Source: Octopus bimaculoides
Taxonomy: Eukaryota
Direction: 5' to 3'
DNA: 59,958 nt
Assembly (NCBI RefSeq): GCF_001194135.2
Contig: NC_068987.1
Span: forward strand, 39,771,193-39,831,150
Shown: positions 1 through 11,728 of the stretch, in pieces
Layout: every line of letters starts with the position of its first letter
Position numbering within the stretch: the first letter of the stretch is position 1
Translations under genes and position numbers: made by a program
Notes under the pieces: generated by a model
Databases searched by the model: none
Seen by the model: the letters and a program-made list of their open reading frames with translations, nothing else
What the model was told of the DNA's origin: nothing

Positions 1-10
1 ATATATATAC

Positions 11-48
<38 letters not shown>

Positions 49-57
49 TAGATTATT

Positions 58-91
<34 letters not shown>

Positions 92-160
92 CTGATATAT
101 ACATATGTTATATATATATATGTATACATATATATTATATATATATGTTATATACATGCA
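1..160. repeat. (TA)n microsatellite
   Basis: Direct read. Confidence 0.95.
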
Positions 161-2879
161 CACACACATATTGTTGCATGAGTTCAAAGTGAGTACACAA
201 GCACCTATCTGGTGTTGTGGAGCAGATGAAAGCCTGATATATAACATACAAACTTATTCTAGACATCTCTATTGCTGGCAACTTTTCCAATCCATTAAAG
301 TTTGGTTTCAGGTTTAAAAAAAAAAAAAAAAACTTATCAAAGATGAAAGAGTATTTAAAGTTTTTGCCAGAAAACTATTTATATCAATGTCAGAAACTAT
401 CATTTACAACCAGGTAATATAACAAGTATGTAAAACTGCAATTGACTGAAACTAGAATCTATATTGTAACTTGAACATTTCTATAATGGAATCTATCTTC
501 AGTAGTTACACCCAGGGAAAGAATTAGATGGAATAGAGTTTCATAACCATCTGTGATGCTGGTAAATTCCTTGCTTGCTTGCTACTTTTCTTATACCAAT
601 AATAAGGTGTATATGTGCAGTATTTTAACAGCTTTTCAGAGTGTTTGTTAATTGTTCCAAGTATTAATGCTAGTTAACACCAGTGGTTCTAGTACATGTA
701 CAATAGAGTATTGCTGTCAAGTCTAGAGTATAGATATTACAGCTTCTTCAATCACTACCTTCATAAATAGCATTTAATACACAGTTTTTCATTCAATATT
801 TTCTCTCAAAAAAAACTCCAGGTCTTGATTTGGCCTTTCTCTGCTTCTTTTCTTCTCACACTCATGAAATTTATTCTTCAAAATTAAACAGCCAGGCTTC
901 ATTTATTTGAACTAACTGATGCATAATATTTCTACTTCTTGCTATTGACTTTTTAAAAATTATTTTTTAGTAGTAAAAAATACTAGTGTGGAAAAGTTAA
1001 CAAAATAAAATCTTTACAATGTATAATACTTGTGTGCTCTAAGGGAAAAGAATTCTAATGCTTTGAGCAAAGTTCATCCTTGAAAGTTAATTATGGTGAA
1101 AATTGTTTTGCATGTAATTATCTATTTACTTTAAGGCAAGATATACAATAGAGAACATCAGAACAGAATAGAACAAAGCAGTAAAGCTGAGAAGTTTGTG
1201 ATGGTTGCAGAAATCAGCAGATTACATTAATTACATTGGCAATTTGTACAACTTGTGATACAAATTGCCAATCAAAACAAATGAGCCAATTTGCCACTGC
1301 TTTCAACTTGACTATTTTACCAGCTAACATAGCAGTATTAAATTACAGTAAACTTTGCAATATATAAGTGTTCTACCTTTATGTCTACCTGTGTGTCAAA
1401 TCAGATCCTACAACAAATTGAACTATCAGGAAATGCTAGTGTTAAATAAATCATTTCACTTGCAAGAAAACATAGACTTGACCATATACCTAATGTAAAA
1501 TAGCTGAGTGGATATGCTACTAGACTACTAGCACAAGAGTTTTCATTCCAAAGTATGTTGATATGAATTTTGGAACAGTATACGTCTTTCTATGCAGCCT
1601 ACTTTGACCAGCTGCTCTAGTTTATGAAATATTTATTATCCATGATGAACCATATTGTTACAGAACATTCATTTACAGCTAGTTGGAATGAAAAAGGCAG
1701 AATAAATGTGCCATTGGACTCCCAGGTGAAAGATTTGGAATTCAAACTTACTTTAGATATTTCAGTGTATATTTGGATTCATATACTTAATACCTCACTC
1801 CTGAAGCCCATAAGGAATGAACAGATACCATATTGCGAAAGATAGATCGACTGGCATCCTACTGAAGGATTATGAATCTTTCATCTGTTTAATATCAAGA
1901 AACTAAAACCAAGCATCTGCTCTTAAAAGTTCCCCACCCATCCTTGAAATTAGAAAACATTTTAACAAAATCTAAGTACAGATTATTTAAGCATATTTTC
2001 ACACTGAACAGTCATGAATACAGACAAGCTGTTTCTTTTTAAATCATTGTTACAATAACCTCTGTTTCTCTGAGCATAGCAGTTTACATACTAAGTCTAC
2101 CTGATGTATGCAGCTCTACTGCTGAGACAAAGGAGAACGTACATGGTTGCTCAACCTACTAGAAACAGTAGTCAAATTTACCTCAACTTACACTTTACAG
2201 TCTTGTGAAAAGAAAAAACACATTGGATAGAATAGTTCCACATTCCCCAAAACAATGAGATAGCCATGGCTGGAATGTCTTTGATCATAAGTCCACTCAA
2301 TCAGTGTTTATTTGAGGCTAAGCAACAACAACCACAATGACAACAATGACCTCTGCTCTTCTTGTGACTACTATGTCTTATCACCCATGACACATTAGTT
2401 TTGCTAACCATTCTTTCCTTGATTTGGAATCCTCTCCCTGAGCACATTTTTCTTACAAGTATTAGAAAAATTTAAGCTAGAAATGAGTCCTATTAACTGC
2501 ATCAGTTTGGAATGAGCTATTAGAGTCATGGGTATTGTCCTCCCTCTATACTTTGTTCATTTTGATGTCTAGTGAGTAGTCAGAAACAAAAACAAACACA
2601 AACATAACCAAACCCATCCATACATGTACACACACACACACATAGAGAGGGAGGTGAGGATTTCAGTTTTAAATAATCATTAAAGACAGTAGCAATGTGA
2701 ATTTTTGAAACAAACCACAGCACACAACAGCAAGTTTGCATTACGTCAAAAAAACAGATTTTTTATTTTTATTAATAATTTAATAACTAATGCAAAACTA
2801 ATATGTGAAATTAAAAAGAGAGAGAAATAATGTGAGTTATGGTCAATATTCATTGGATCTCCTTTAGAATGAACAACAG

Positions 2880-3700
2880 TAGCTACTCTTCTGGGCATAG
2901 ATTCCACCAGATTGTAACATATTTCCTTAATTTTATCATCTCTGTGTCACATTTGAATAAGACTGAATAATTTCTTGTTTCATTTGAGATCAGTGACTTT
3001 ATGTGCTCTTTGCATATGCTCCAGAGGTTTTCAGTTGGATTTAATTCTGGTGAAGAAAGACGCCAACCAAGTGGTGTTACACCATGTTGATAAAAGGAAT
3101 ACATTGAATGCTTGCTAACATGAATTGATGCGTCATTGTGGTGAAAATGCCACCACAGTTTAGAAACCAGTCATTTAATTGCAGCACATGACGTTCAATG
3201 ATATCCTTCACATAATATTCACCATCATGCTTTCCTTCAAAAACATGACTACATCCAGTTCCCCCATAGTAAAAACATACCTGATGTCTTACTGCTTTTA
3301 AGAAATGATCTGATGGATGACAATGTACTAAGCAGATAAAATTTAGGCAACCATCTATAATCTGAATTATTATCTTGTCACTAAAAATGACTGTTTCGCA
3401 TTGTTCCAAAGTCCAGTTTATATCAATTGGCTATCTGTTGTATAGTAAGAAGTAGACATTTTGGTGGTTTTATGGCACAGATGCCTGCTGCATTCATTGT
3501 CCACTGTAGAGTGCATAAAAAAACCCATCATCTTTTGGGCCAAGTTGGTTTTTAACATCCTGTTAAGTATTTTGAGGGCTTTTGATTGAAATTTCCCACA
3601 TACGATGAAGGTCACATTCATCAAATGCACAACAAATGCACCACAATTTTCATATCGAGTATTTGCATTTCCTGTACTGATTAATAATTTGTGTAACATT
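2880..3700 (-). mobile_element. Decayed Tc1-like DNA transposon (transposase remnant)
   Basis: Frameshifted ORF pieces VIFSDK...GKHDGEYYVKDIIERHVL...FTTMTH and LGWRLSSPELNPTENLWSICKEHIK, which resembles the Tc1 WPxxSPDLNPIENLW motif. TIRs not resolved. Confidence 0.75.
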
Positions 3701-4080
3701 GCTTTGCCTCATTTCTATATAATTTGCAATCTGATGATGTGTCATAGAGATGTATTCATGAATCACTATAATTTTGGCTTATTTCTCTTCACAGTTAATT
3801 TTGCTACTAATATCACTAAATCAAGTTTAAAAAAAAAAATTCCTATTGTCACATGATATATATGTATATTGTCACATGATAAAAATGGTTGTTTTATCTT
3901 TTTAAAAAAATAATTTTTACATGCAATGTGAAATCTATGGAAACAAGAAAAATACACTCAAAATGAGAATATTTTTGTGCAAACTTGCTGTGCACTGTAT
4001 TTGCAATATTTATTAATTGACAGTGAAGTGAGAAAGATTTATAATAGCAATGACCTTGAAAGATGAAGAAGTGCTTGAGA

Positions 4081-4117
<37 letters not shown>

Positions 4118-5730
4118 CACACACACATGTATACTTCACATAAAAAGTTTTAGCCATTGATAAACACACACACATTTGTAAAGCAAACAGTGATTACATT
4201 TCCTGACCATAGTTTTATTTAATCAAACTTAATCAACTGTATGCACCACTAGAGTGAAAAGAAATAATTTGTAAAGATATAAACAATTGTCATTGCCATT
4301 TCAAATGATCACATGATGATTGAAGTAAATGTTGCTTATGATGCATCAAAAAGTCCTTCTTGATATGCCTACAATTGAATTTGAACATGTTATGGTAGGT
4401 TGAAATTAGCTCACTTATGTTAAAGACTATAGAGTTACTTTGTAAAAAAGAGGTTGCATTTCTAAATTCTGACCATGTAATGCTGGTGGCTTGTTTCTTC
4501 TTTTACCTATTTCCACACATTTCAAAAGTACTGTAGTGTTTTCTAGGTGTTGATGACAGAACAAGCTGTGCTGAAGTTCAGAAGGAATAGTCCTTGATGC
4601 ATTGTTAGTGAAGCCAACAGAATAGCATACAATGCTTTTTCTAGATATTTGCCACTTAAGGGAAAAAATACTATAACTCAGAATAGCATGTCAGCTCTTT
4701 TACTCAATATTTGTTTGTGGTATTTTTGCATTGTGGTTCTTAATGACACTTGATATTTTTCATGCAGCAATGTGGTCAGTCAGGATATATTTTCCAAGTA
4801 GGAAGAGAAATGTTTCATTTTTTTTTTATGTTGTTGTATGGTGAGTTATACCATATAATTCATGCTTGTAATATTTTTAGATGCTTGTTGTTGATAGTAA
4901 AGACTTGAAGCCCTCTTGGCATCAGTCACAATGTAGTTCCACTCTGCAAAAAGGTTGTTTCATTGGAGCATAATTCACTTTGCTTTTGTTGATGCTTATG
5001 GGTGCAAGCCTGCAATTTAGTGGTAATGAAAATGGTAAAGAGGTACAATGGGTTACTACAAAATTTCTTAAGTGCCTCATATGATTTTGAGTTTTGATTA
5101 GATGGTATATTCTAATACACCTCTAATATAACCTTGCCAAGCTTTTCTCTAATTTTTGAATGTTGTACTTTATTTATTCCTACAAGCAGAAAGTTCACCC
5201 TAAAGGTAGTTTTAGGAAAGTTACTAAATGATATTTATGCATTCGATTCCCAATTTGTGTAATTTTTCTTATATGTAGCATCTAATTCTCCATTGTATCC
5301 TTTATTCATCTAATAGTATTTTGCTCAGTAAATAAATTTAGGGAAAAACTACAGAAGAGACTCTTCACCAACTTAATTTCCTCATTACTTTCTGAAAAAG
5401 ACTGGTATTTCTACTGAAATTTTTAACAAATACTTTTTAGATGATGTAGATTATGGTTATATAGGAATTTAATGTGGGGGGAAAATGGGGAGGGGTCAGA
5501 TATTTCATACATCTCCACTTTTTTTCTGATATGTTTTGATGATTTAATTACAATTACTTGTTTCAGTCATTGGGCTGTAGTCATGGTGGAGCACCACCTT
5601 CAAAATTTTTAGTAGAACAAATCAACTTATTTTAAAATTTATTGTTTTCATTCACTGAACTGCTAAATTACAGAGATGTTAACAAACCAGCACCAACTGT
5701 AAAGCAGTGGTGGGAGACAAACACATACAT

Positions 5731-5777
<47 letters not shown>

Positions 5778-5818
5778 TGTAACCTCGTGGGCATCGGTAC
5801 CATTTTCCTCTTTCTCCG

Positions 5819-6086
5819 NNNNNNNNNNNNNNNNNNNNNNNNNNNNNNNNNNNNNNNNNNNNNNNNNNNNNNNNNNNNNNNNNNNNNNNNNNNNNNNNNN
5901 NNNNNNNNNNNNNNNNNNNNNNNNNNNNNNNNNNNNNNNNNNNNNNNNNNNNNNNNNNNNNNNNNNNNNNNNNNNNNNNNNNNNNNNNNNNNNNNNNNNN
6001 NNNNNNNNNNNNNNNNNNNNNNNNNNNNNNNNNNNNNNNNNNNNNNNNNNNNNNNNNNNNNNNNNNNNNNNNNNNNNNNNNNNNNN
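5819..6086. other. Assembly gap (other gaps: 18614-19190, 20067-20709, 39844-40198, 53216-53564)
   Basis: Runs of N, mostly abutting microsatellites or repeats. Confidence 1.
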
Positions 6087-6410
6087 GGCAAGTGTCTTCT
6101 ACTATAGCCTTGAGCCAACCAAAGCCTTGTGAGTGAATTTGGTAGACGGAAACTGAAAGAAGCCCGTCGTATATATGTATATATAGGTATGTGTGTGTAT
6201 ATGTTTGCGTGTCTGTGTTTGTCCCCCCAACATCGCTTGACAACCGATGCTGGTGTGTTTACGTCCCCGTAACTTAGCGGTTCGGCAAAAGAGGCTGATA
6301 GAATAAGTACTAGGCTTCCAAAGAATAAGTCCTGGGGTCGATTTGCTCGACTAAAGGCAGTGCTCCAGCATGGCCACAGTTAAATGACTGAAACAAGTAG
6401 AAGAGTAAAA
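6087..6410 (+). mobile_element. SINE-like interspersed repeat, family B (5' part lost in the gap)
   Basis: ggcaagtgtcttctactatagcc...gaataagtactaggctt...ggggtcgatttg...tgactgaaacaag. Related reversed copies lie at about 59358-59580, 24590-24835, 6460-6555 and 5560-5720. Confidence 0.7.
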
Positions 6411-7189
6411 AAGTTATATATATACACACACACACACGTATATACACACACTCATAAAGCTTTAGTTCATCCATGGCTATAGTAGAAGACACTTGCCCAA
6501 GTGACTGAACCTGGAACCATGTGGTTGGGAAGCAAGCTTCTTACTGCACAGCCATTCTATGTGGAAAAACAATTACTTTTGAGATACACATGATTCCTGC
6601 TATCCCTAGCATACTCAACAATAGACTACCTTTAAGTCTGCTTGAAAAAGAGAGATTAAGACTGTAATAAAATAATGAAAGAATTAGCATTGTACTCACC
6701 TTTCTACAAAGATATTTTTCAAAGAATATGTGGGAAAGGGTGGAATAGTCTTCAAACTTAGTTTGTTTTTCAACATAATTTTAATTGTACCACATGAAAA
6801 TGTTTGAAGAAACAAAGTTGAGTTACATGAAATAGATGCCCCTTCCCATCTTTTTACTTTAATTTCTGATATAATCATAATGCACAACATCTGAAAGGTA
6901 TTTGTAGAAAATTTCATTAAAGAATACCCATCAGGTTTATTACTATTATTATTACTATTATTATTAATAAAAATATCAAAAATGTGGTAGATAGGCAGAA
7001 TCAATAGAGCATCAGTCAAAATGTCTTGCAATATTTTAGTCTTTTTATATTCTTATTCTGTTGAGATAAAATCAACAAAATAAGTAACATTCATGTATTG
7101 AGGGATGGATCAATTTAATTCCTAACCTTGAATTTCTTGCTTTGTGTCTGTATGGGGAATCAATATTACTATTATTAGTATTATTATTA

Positions 7190-7460
7190 TTTTGGTTTGG
7201 CTCAGGTTCAGTCTTATTTCTGGTAGAATTTATGTGGGTAGCAGGTTAGTACCTGTAACCTTAGGTATCCACAAGTTTTCAGCTATCTTTCAAGTGCTTA
7301 GAACCTTCCTGATAATCCTTGCCTAAAAGACAAACTTTCTGTAGGAGCTCTACGAGGCATTCTATTCCAATCTCCTTAAGCCATTCGCCTATATCTTTGC
7401 TTCTTGTGCCCAATGCACAAATTATTATAGGCACAACCTTTACTGTTCACATGCTCCAAA
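7190..7460 (-). mobile_element. Dong/R4-clade LINE 3' fragment, subfamily 1
   Basis: Reverse translation IWSM*TVKVVPIIICALGTRSKDIGEWLKEIGIECLVELLQKVCLLG-ARIIRKVLST*, then a 3' UTR ending in (TAA)n. Homologous to 9827-10101. Confidence 0.8.
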
Positions 7461-7482
7461 TTATTATTATTATCATCATCAT

Positions 7483-8004
7483 TTTATTGTCTTTGCATAG
7501 CTTCTAACGCTGGAGATGTACTAGTGTCAGCTGTTCACTACCAGTAACTAAGGTAACACTCCTTATTTTTCGAGAACCATCTGGAGTATTCAAGCGGTTC
7601 CAAGCAGTGCTGTTTTCTGCAAGTGCTCCACCCTTATTGAAGCCCCTATTTGTTCCATGTACTTCTCAAGATTTTTACTCACTGTTCCCAGGGCTCCAAC
7701 AATTATTGATACTACTACTACCTTTCTCAGCAACCACAACTGTTGGACCTCCCAAGCTAACCTGTCATATCTATTGACTTTTCTTTCTCCCTTATCACAT
7801 ACCTTGTTGTCAGCTGGGCATGCTATATCTATGATCCAGCATTGTTTGCTTTCTTTCTCAATTAACACTATGTCTGGTTTCCTATTCTCTATCTCATGGT
7901 CATACTGAATCATAAAATACCATAGAATTTTTGCATTATCATTTTTGATGAAGCCTTCAGATTTATGTTCATACCACTTTTTTGCTCTGTCAAGTCCATA
8001 CTCT
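7483..8004 (-). mobile_element. Dong/R4-clade LINE 3' fragment (restriction-like endonuclease domain), subfamily 2
   Basis: ORF 7590-8039: KWYEHKSEG...ILWYFMIQYDHEIENRKPDIVLIEK...IIDIACP...KVNRYDRLAWEV...IIVGALG...LQKTALLGTA, a PD-(D/E)xK-type RLE C-terminus. Bounded by (TAA)n on both sides. Confidence 0.85.
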
Positions 8005-8011
8005 ATTATTA

Positions 8012-8056
<45 letters not shown>

Positions 8057-8269
8057 GGGTGGCAAGCTGGCATAATTGTTAGCACGCTAGATGAAATGCT
8101 TAGTGGTATTTTGCTTGTCATTACGTTCTGAGTTCAAATTCCGCCCATGTCAACTTTGCCTTCCATCCTTTCAGGGTCAATAAACTAAGTACCAGTTGAG
8201 TACTGGGGTTGATGTAATCGACTAGCTCCCTTCCCCCAAACTTCAGACCTTATACCTTTAGTAGAAAGG
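8057..8269 (+). mobile_element. tRNA-derived SINE, family A
   Basis: Head ggtggcaagctggcataattgttagc, B-box-like gagttcaaattcc, core ttccatcctttcagggtcaataaactaagtaccagtt. Many copies in the window. Confidence 0.75.
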
Positions 8270-8695
8270 GTTGTTGTTGTTGTTATTGTTGTCTTTTAGT
8301 ATGTTTATCAAAAAGTGAATGAGAGTGGCAAGATTGATGAGACTGAATGGATCTACTCTGAGTATACTTTTCTAAGTAGGAGGAAAGTAACTGGAAGAAG
8401 GTACTTCTCATACTTTGTGAATGACAAAATAAACTGGGAATTTTGCATGGGGGTTTACCTTGAATTATTGTAAGTGGACTGCCCTGCTATTGAAGATTCT
8501 ATCTATTAATTATTTCTCTAATTTCTATTTATATATCTTTTAATGTTGTAGTGTCTCTCCTCGATTGATGCAAACCCCACCTGTTTTGTGTTTTGTATCT
8601 TGTCCTTTGATATTGTCCTCCATGTCTTAGGCCCATGTGGCCAATAAAAAACTCATTATTATTATAATTATCATTATTATCAAATATACACTCAC

Positions 8696-8783
8696 CATCT
8701 TCTCGAGCTTGCTTTGAATGAGGTCCACAGAAAGCTAAGTATTTATTTGGAATTATCCAGTTTAAATCACCATTTTCCACTTT
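8696..8783 (-). CDS. CDC14: CDC14 internal coding exon (88 bp, phase 0/1)
   Basis: ttttcag|AAA...GAT G|gtgagt. Translates [29 protein letters not shown](G), compare CDC14A [30 protein letters not shown]. Confidence 0.97.
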
Positions 8784-8883
8784 CTGAAAAGATTATATAA
8801 TTGAACAACATTTAATTCAATTTTGATATTATCAGAATTACTTCAAGCTGGGGTCATATGCCAATAACAACAACAACAACAAC

Positions 8884-8931
<48 letters not shown>

Positions 8932-8932
<1 letters not shown>

Positions 8933-9533
8933 TCTCTGGCTGCCTAGTCCTGGCTAAGAAGGCATATATTCACAGACACGATAAAGTTGGGACCTAGATA
9001 CACTGGAAGCTATGCCAACACTATGGAATAACAACAGAAAAAGATGGTATAGGCACACCCCAAAAAAGGTCACAGAAAATGAGAAAGCAACCATACTCTG
9101 GGATATGCCAATACACACAGAGATATTAAAGTCAACAGACTGGATATAGTTGTCAGAGATCACCAAGAAAAAAATGCTTTCTAATTGATGTATCAATACC
9201 AATGTTTCTCTAAAAGAAATGGAGTAACTTTCAAAATATAAAGATCTGGAAATAGAGGTAACTTGAATGTGGAGCCAAAAGACAGAAACAATTCCTATTA
9301 TAGTAGGTGCATTAGGTATGTTAAAAAACATTCAGGCAAATACATAGCAAAACACCAGGACTTTATATACAGCATACAGAAAACAGCACTACTAGGCACC
9401 ACACACATCCTACATAAAACACTTTCAAGACAGTGAAAACAAGAGCAACACAACAAACCACAGCACATACCCAAGGCACACAGAGCTGCACTCAGTAATG
9501 CAATGAAAGCACATGATAAAAATAAAACTACTG
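8932..9533 (+). mobile_element. Dong/R4-clade LINE 3' fragment, subfamily 3
   Basis: ISGCLVLAKKAYIHRHDKVG...WYRHTPKKVTENEKATILWDMPIHT...NRLDIVV...FLIDVSIP...KYKDLEIEV...IPIIVGALG...QKTALLGT with stops and frameshifts. Sits between (AAT)n tracts. Confidence 0.85.
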
Positions 9534-9640
9534 AATAATAATAATAATGGTTTCAAATTTTGCCATAAGGGCAGCAATTTGGTGGTAGGGGATGAGCTGA
9601 TTACCAGTATCCAAGAGTACAAGAGTCAGAGAAATGTAAG

Positions 9641-10101
9641 GTTTTCTGAGACTTTCCAGTTCAAATGGACAAGAAATTAGAAAACAATAGACCAGATGTT
9701 AAAATTATAGACATGGAAAAGTGAAGTTGCTTACTTATCAACCTATCATGCCCATTTGCTTCCAGAATCATAAAGAAAGAGGAAGGAAAAAAAAAACCAG
9801 TCCCTTAAAATTTGAAATAGGAAGAATTTGGAGCATGCAAATAGTAAAGGTTGTGCCTATAATAATTGGTGAATTAGGAACATTAAGCCAAGATATAGAC
9901 AAATGGCTGAAGGAGATTGAAATAGAATGCCCAGTAGAGCTCCTACAGAAAGTTTGTCACCTGGGGACAGCAAAGATTATCAGGAAGGTCCTCAGCACTT
10001 GAAAGACAGCTGAAAACTTGTGAATACCTAAGGTTATAGATAGTAATCCGCTATCCACATAATCTCTACCAGTAATAAGACCAAACCTAAGACAAACCAA
10101 A
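9641..10101 (+). mobile_element. Dong/R4-clade LINE 3' fragment, subfamily 1
   Basis: DFPVQMDKKLENNRPDVKIID...LKFEIGRIWSMQIVKVVPIIIGELG...GTAKIIRKVLST*, then a 3' UTR and (TAA)n tail. Confidence 0.85.
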
Positions 10102-10127
10102 ATAATAATAATGATAATAATAATTCT

Positions 10128-10420
10128 TTCTACTATAGGCACAAGGCCTGAAGTTTTAGGGGATGGGCAAGTCAATTTATATTGACCCCAGTGCTCGACT
10201 GGTGCTTGTTTTATTGACTCCAAAAATATATAAGGCAGAGTCAACATTGGTAGAATTTGATATTAGTTTTATGTTTTGAGTTCTAATTCTGCCAAGGTTC
10301 ACTTTGTCTTTCATCTTTTCAGAGTCAATAAAATAAGTACCAGTTGAGATCTGGGGTTGGTGTAATCAACTTGCCCCTCCCACGAAATTTCATGCCTTGT
10401 ACATATAGTAGAAAGGATTT
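10128..10420. mobile_element. Two partial family A SINEs, head to head
   Basis: 10128-10262 is a reversed copy (ggcacaaggcc...ttgaccccagtg...gaatttga). 10270-10420 is a forward copy (gagttctaattc...ctttcatcttttcagagtcaataaaataagtaccagtt). Confidence 0.65.
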
Positions 10421-10659
10421 TTATCATTATCATTATTATTACGATTATTATTATCATTATAAGTTACAGATGTACAAGAGATGTAGTGGTGTTACAGACA
10501 AGATAACAAACAAAGTAAGCTGTGCATGTGACAGATGCACAGAGGTGATAAGCAATAAGACACAACCTGAAATAGATTCCTTTAAATGCTTGGCAGGCTT
10601 ACTAGAACTAGTTGATAGTGTCTGTTACTAAGGTGATATAATTAGCAGTATAGGTGTTT

Positions 10660-10940
10660 GTTCTGAAAGTATAGTAGCTAGAGTAAGAACAGGTTGGAAA
10701 ATGCTGGCAACAGGAACTTCTTCAGAGTTAAAAGGAGGTTGTTTGATGCTTGTGTTCCAACTGTGATATTGTATGGTAGTGAAACATGAGCTTTGAATGC
10801 AGAAGACTTTTTGAAGGGTAGAAAGAAACAAAACAAGCATATTCCAGTGGATGTGTAATGTCAGTGTGCAATAATACCAGAGTACAAATGATCTGAGAGA
10901 AAAGCTTTGTATAAGGGGAATCAGATGTAGTGTGCAATAT
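10660..10940 (+). mobile_element. RTE LINE ORF2 C-terminal remnant
   Basis: gaaagtatagtagctagagtaagaa...tatggtagtgaaacatg...gagaaaagc aligns by eye with 53970-54260 of the long RTE copy. Confidence 0.75.
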
Positions 10941-11529
10941 ATTTATATCGATATATGTGTGTATGTACACGTAACATGAAACTTGGTACAACCTGTTACA
11001 TGGTTGGGTGATCAATGACTAAACCAGCAACTCTATCAATTCTGCTTAGTAAGGAGAGTGGTTTATGTTGGACACTGCAGGATGAAAAATAAAATTTGTC
11101 AAAGGACAGATGAACTCAATAAGGTCAATGAGTATCTTTTCTTAGACATTTCTCTAGAAGGGTAACTAATGTAACACCTGCAACTTCATTTGCACCCAAT
11201 GATGTAAACTAGTTCTTTTGGGGTGAATGCATACATTGTTCAGAGAGTAGGATTGGCTCTGTGCAAGGCCTTTCTTCACTTTAAAAAAATCTTCAGGTAC
11301 AGGCATACATTATGGCTGTATGTAACTAAAAACAAGGCAAAACAGCAAATGGAAAATTCCATGATGGAACAAAGGCATGTGTCAGTGTGGGTGGTAAGTT
11401 CTCTGCACACCTGCTGTGCAAAAGTGTGTAAGTTCTCTGCACACCTGCTGTGCAAAAGTCCCTAGCAAAATTTTTAAAATCCCCTCCATGCTATATTAAG
11501 AGAATAATCAAGTAATGACAATACTAGTT

Positions 11530-11728
11530 TTAAATTTTGGCACAAAGCCAGGAGGGGTTAAGTTGATTACATTGACCCCAGTGCTCAACTGGTACTTATT
11601 TTATTGACCCTGAAAGGATGAAAGGCAAAGTCGACCTCAGAAGAATTTGAACACAGAATGTAAAGAGAGATGAAATGCTGCTAAGCATTTTGCCTGGTGT
11701 GCTAACAATTCTGCCTGCTCACTGCCTT
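11530..11728 (-). mobile_element. tRNA-derived SINE, family A
   Basis: Near full-length reverse copy of 8057-8269 (gaaaggatgaaaggcaaagtcgacctc...gaatttgaac...gctaacaattctgcc). Confidence 0.75.

Noticed and set aside
5668-6243. Long ORFs containing X runs (also around 18.5-19.3 kb, 20.0-20.7 kb and 39.8-40.3 kb)
   Set aside because: Artefacts of reading through N gaps.
1-8695. Search for the catalytic CDC14 exon (GYPLHAPE...HCKAG)
   Set aside because: No matching codons or splice-site pair found. It presumably lies left of the window or in the 5819-6086 gap, so it is not annotated.
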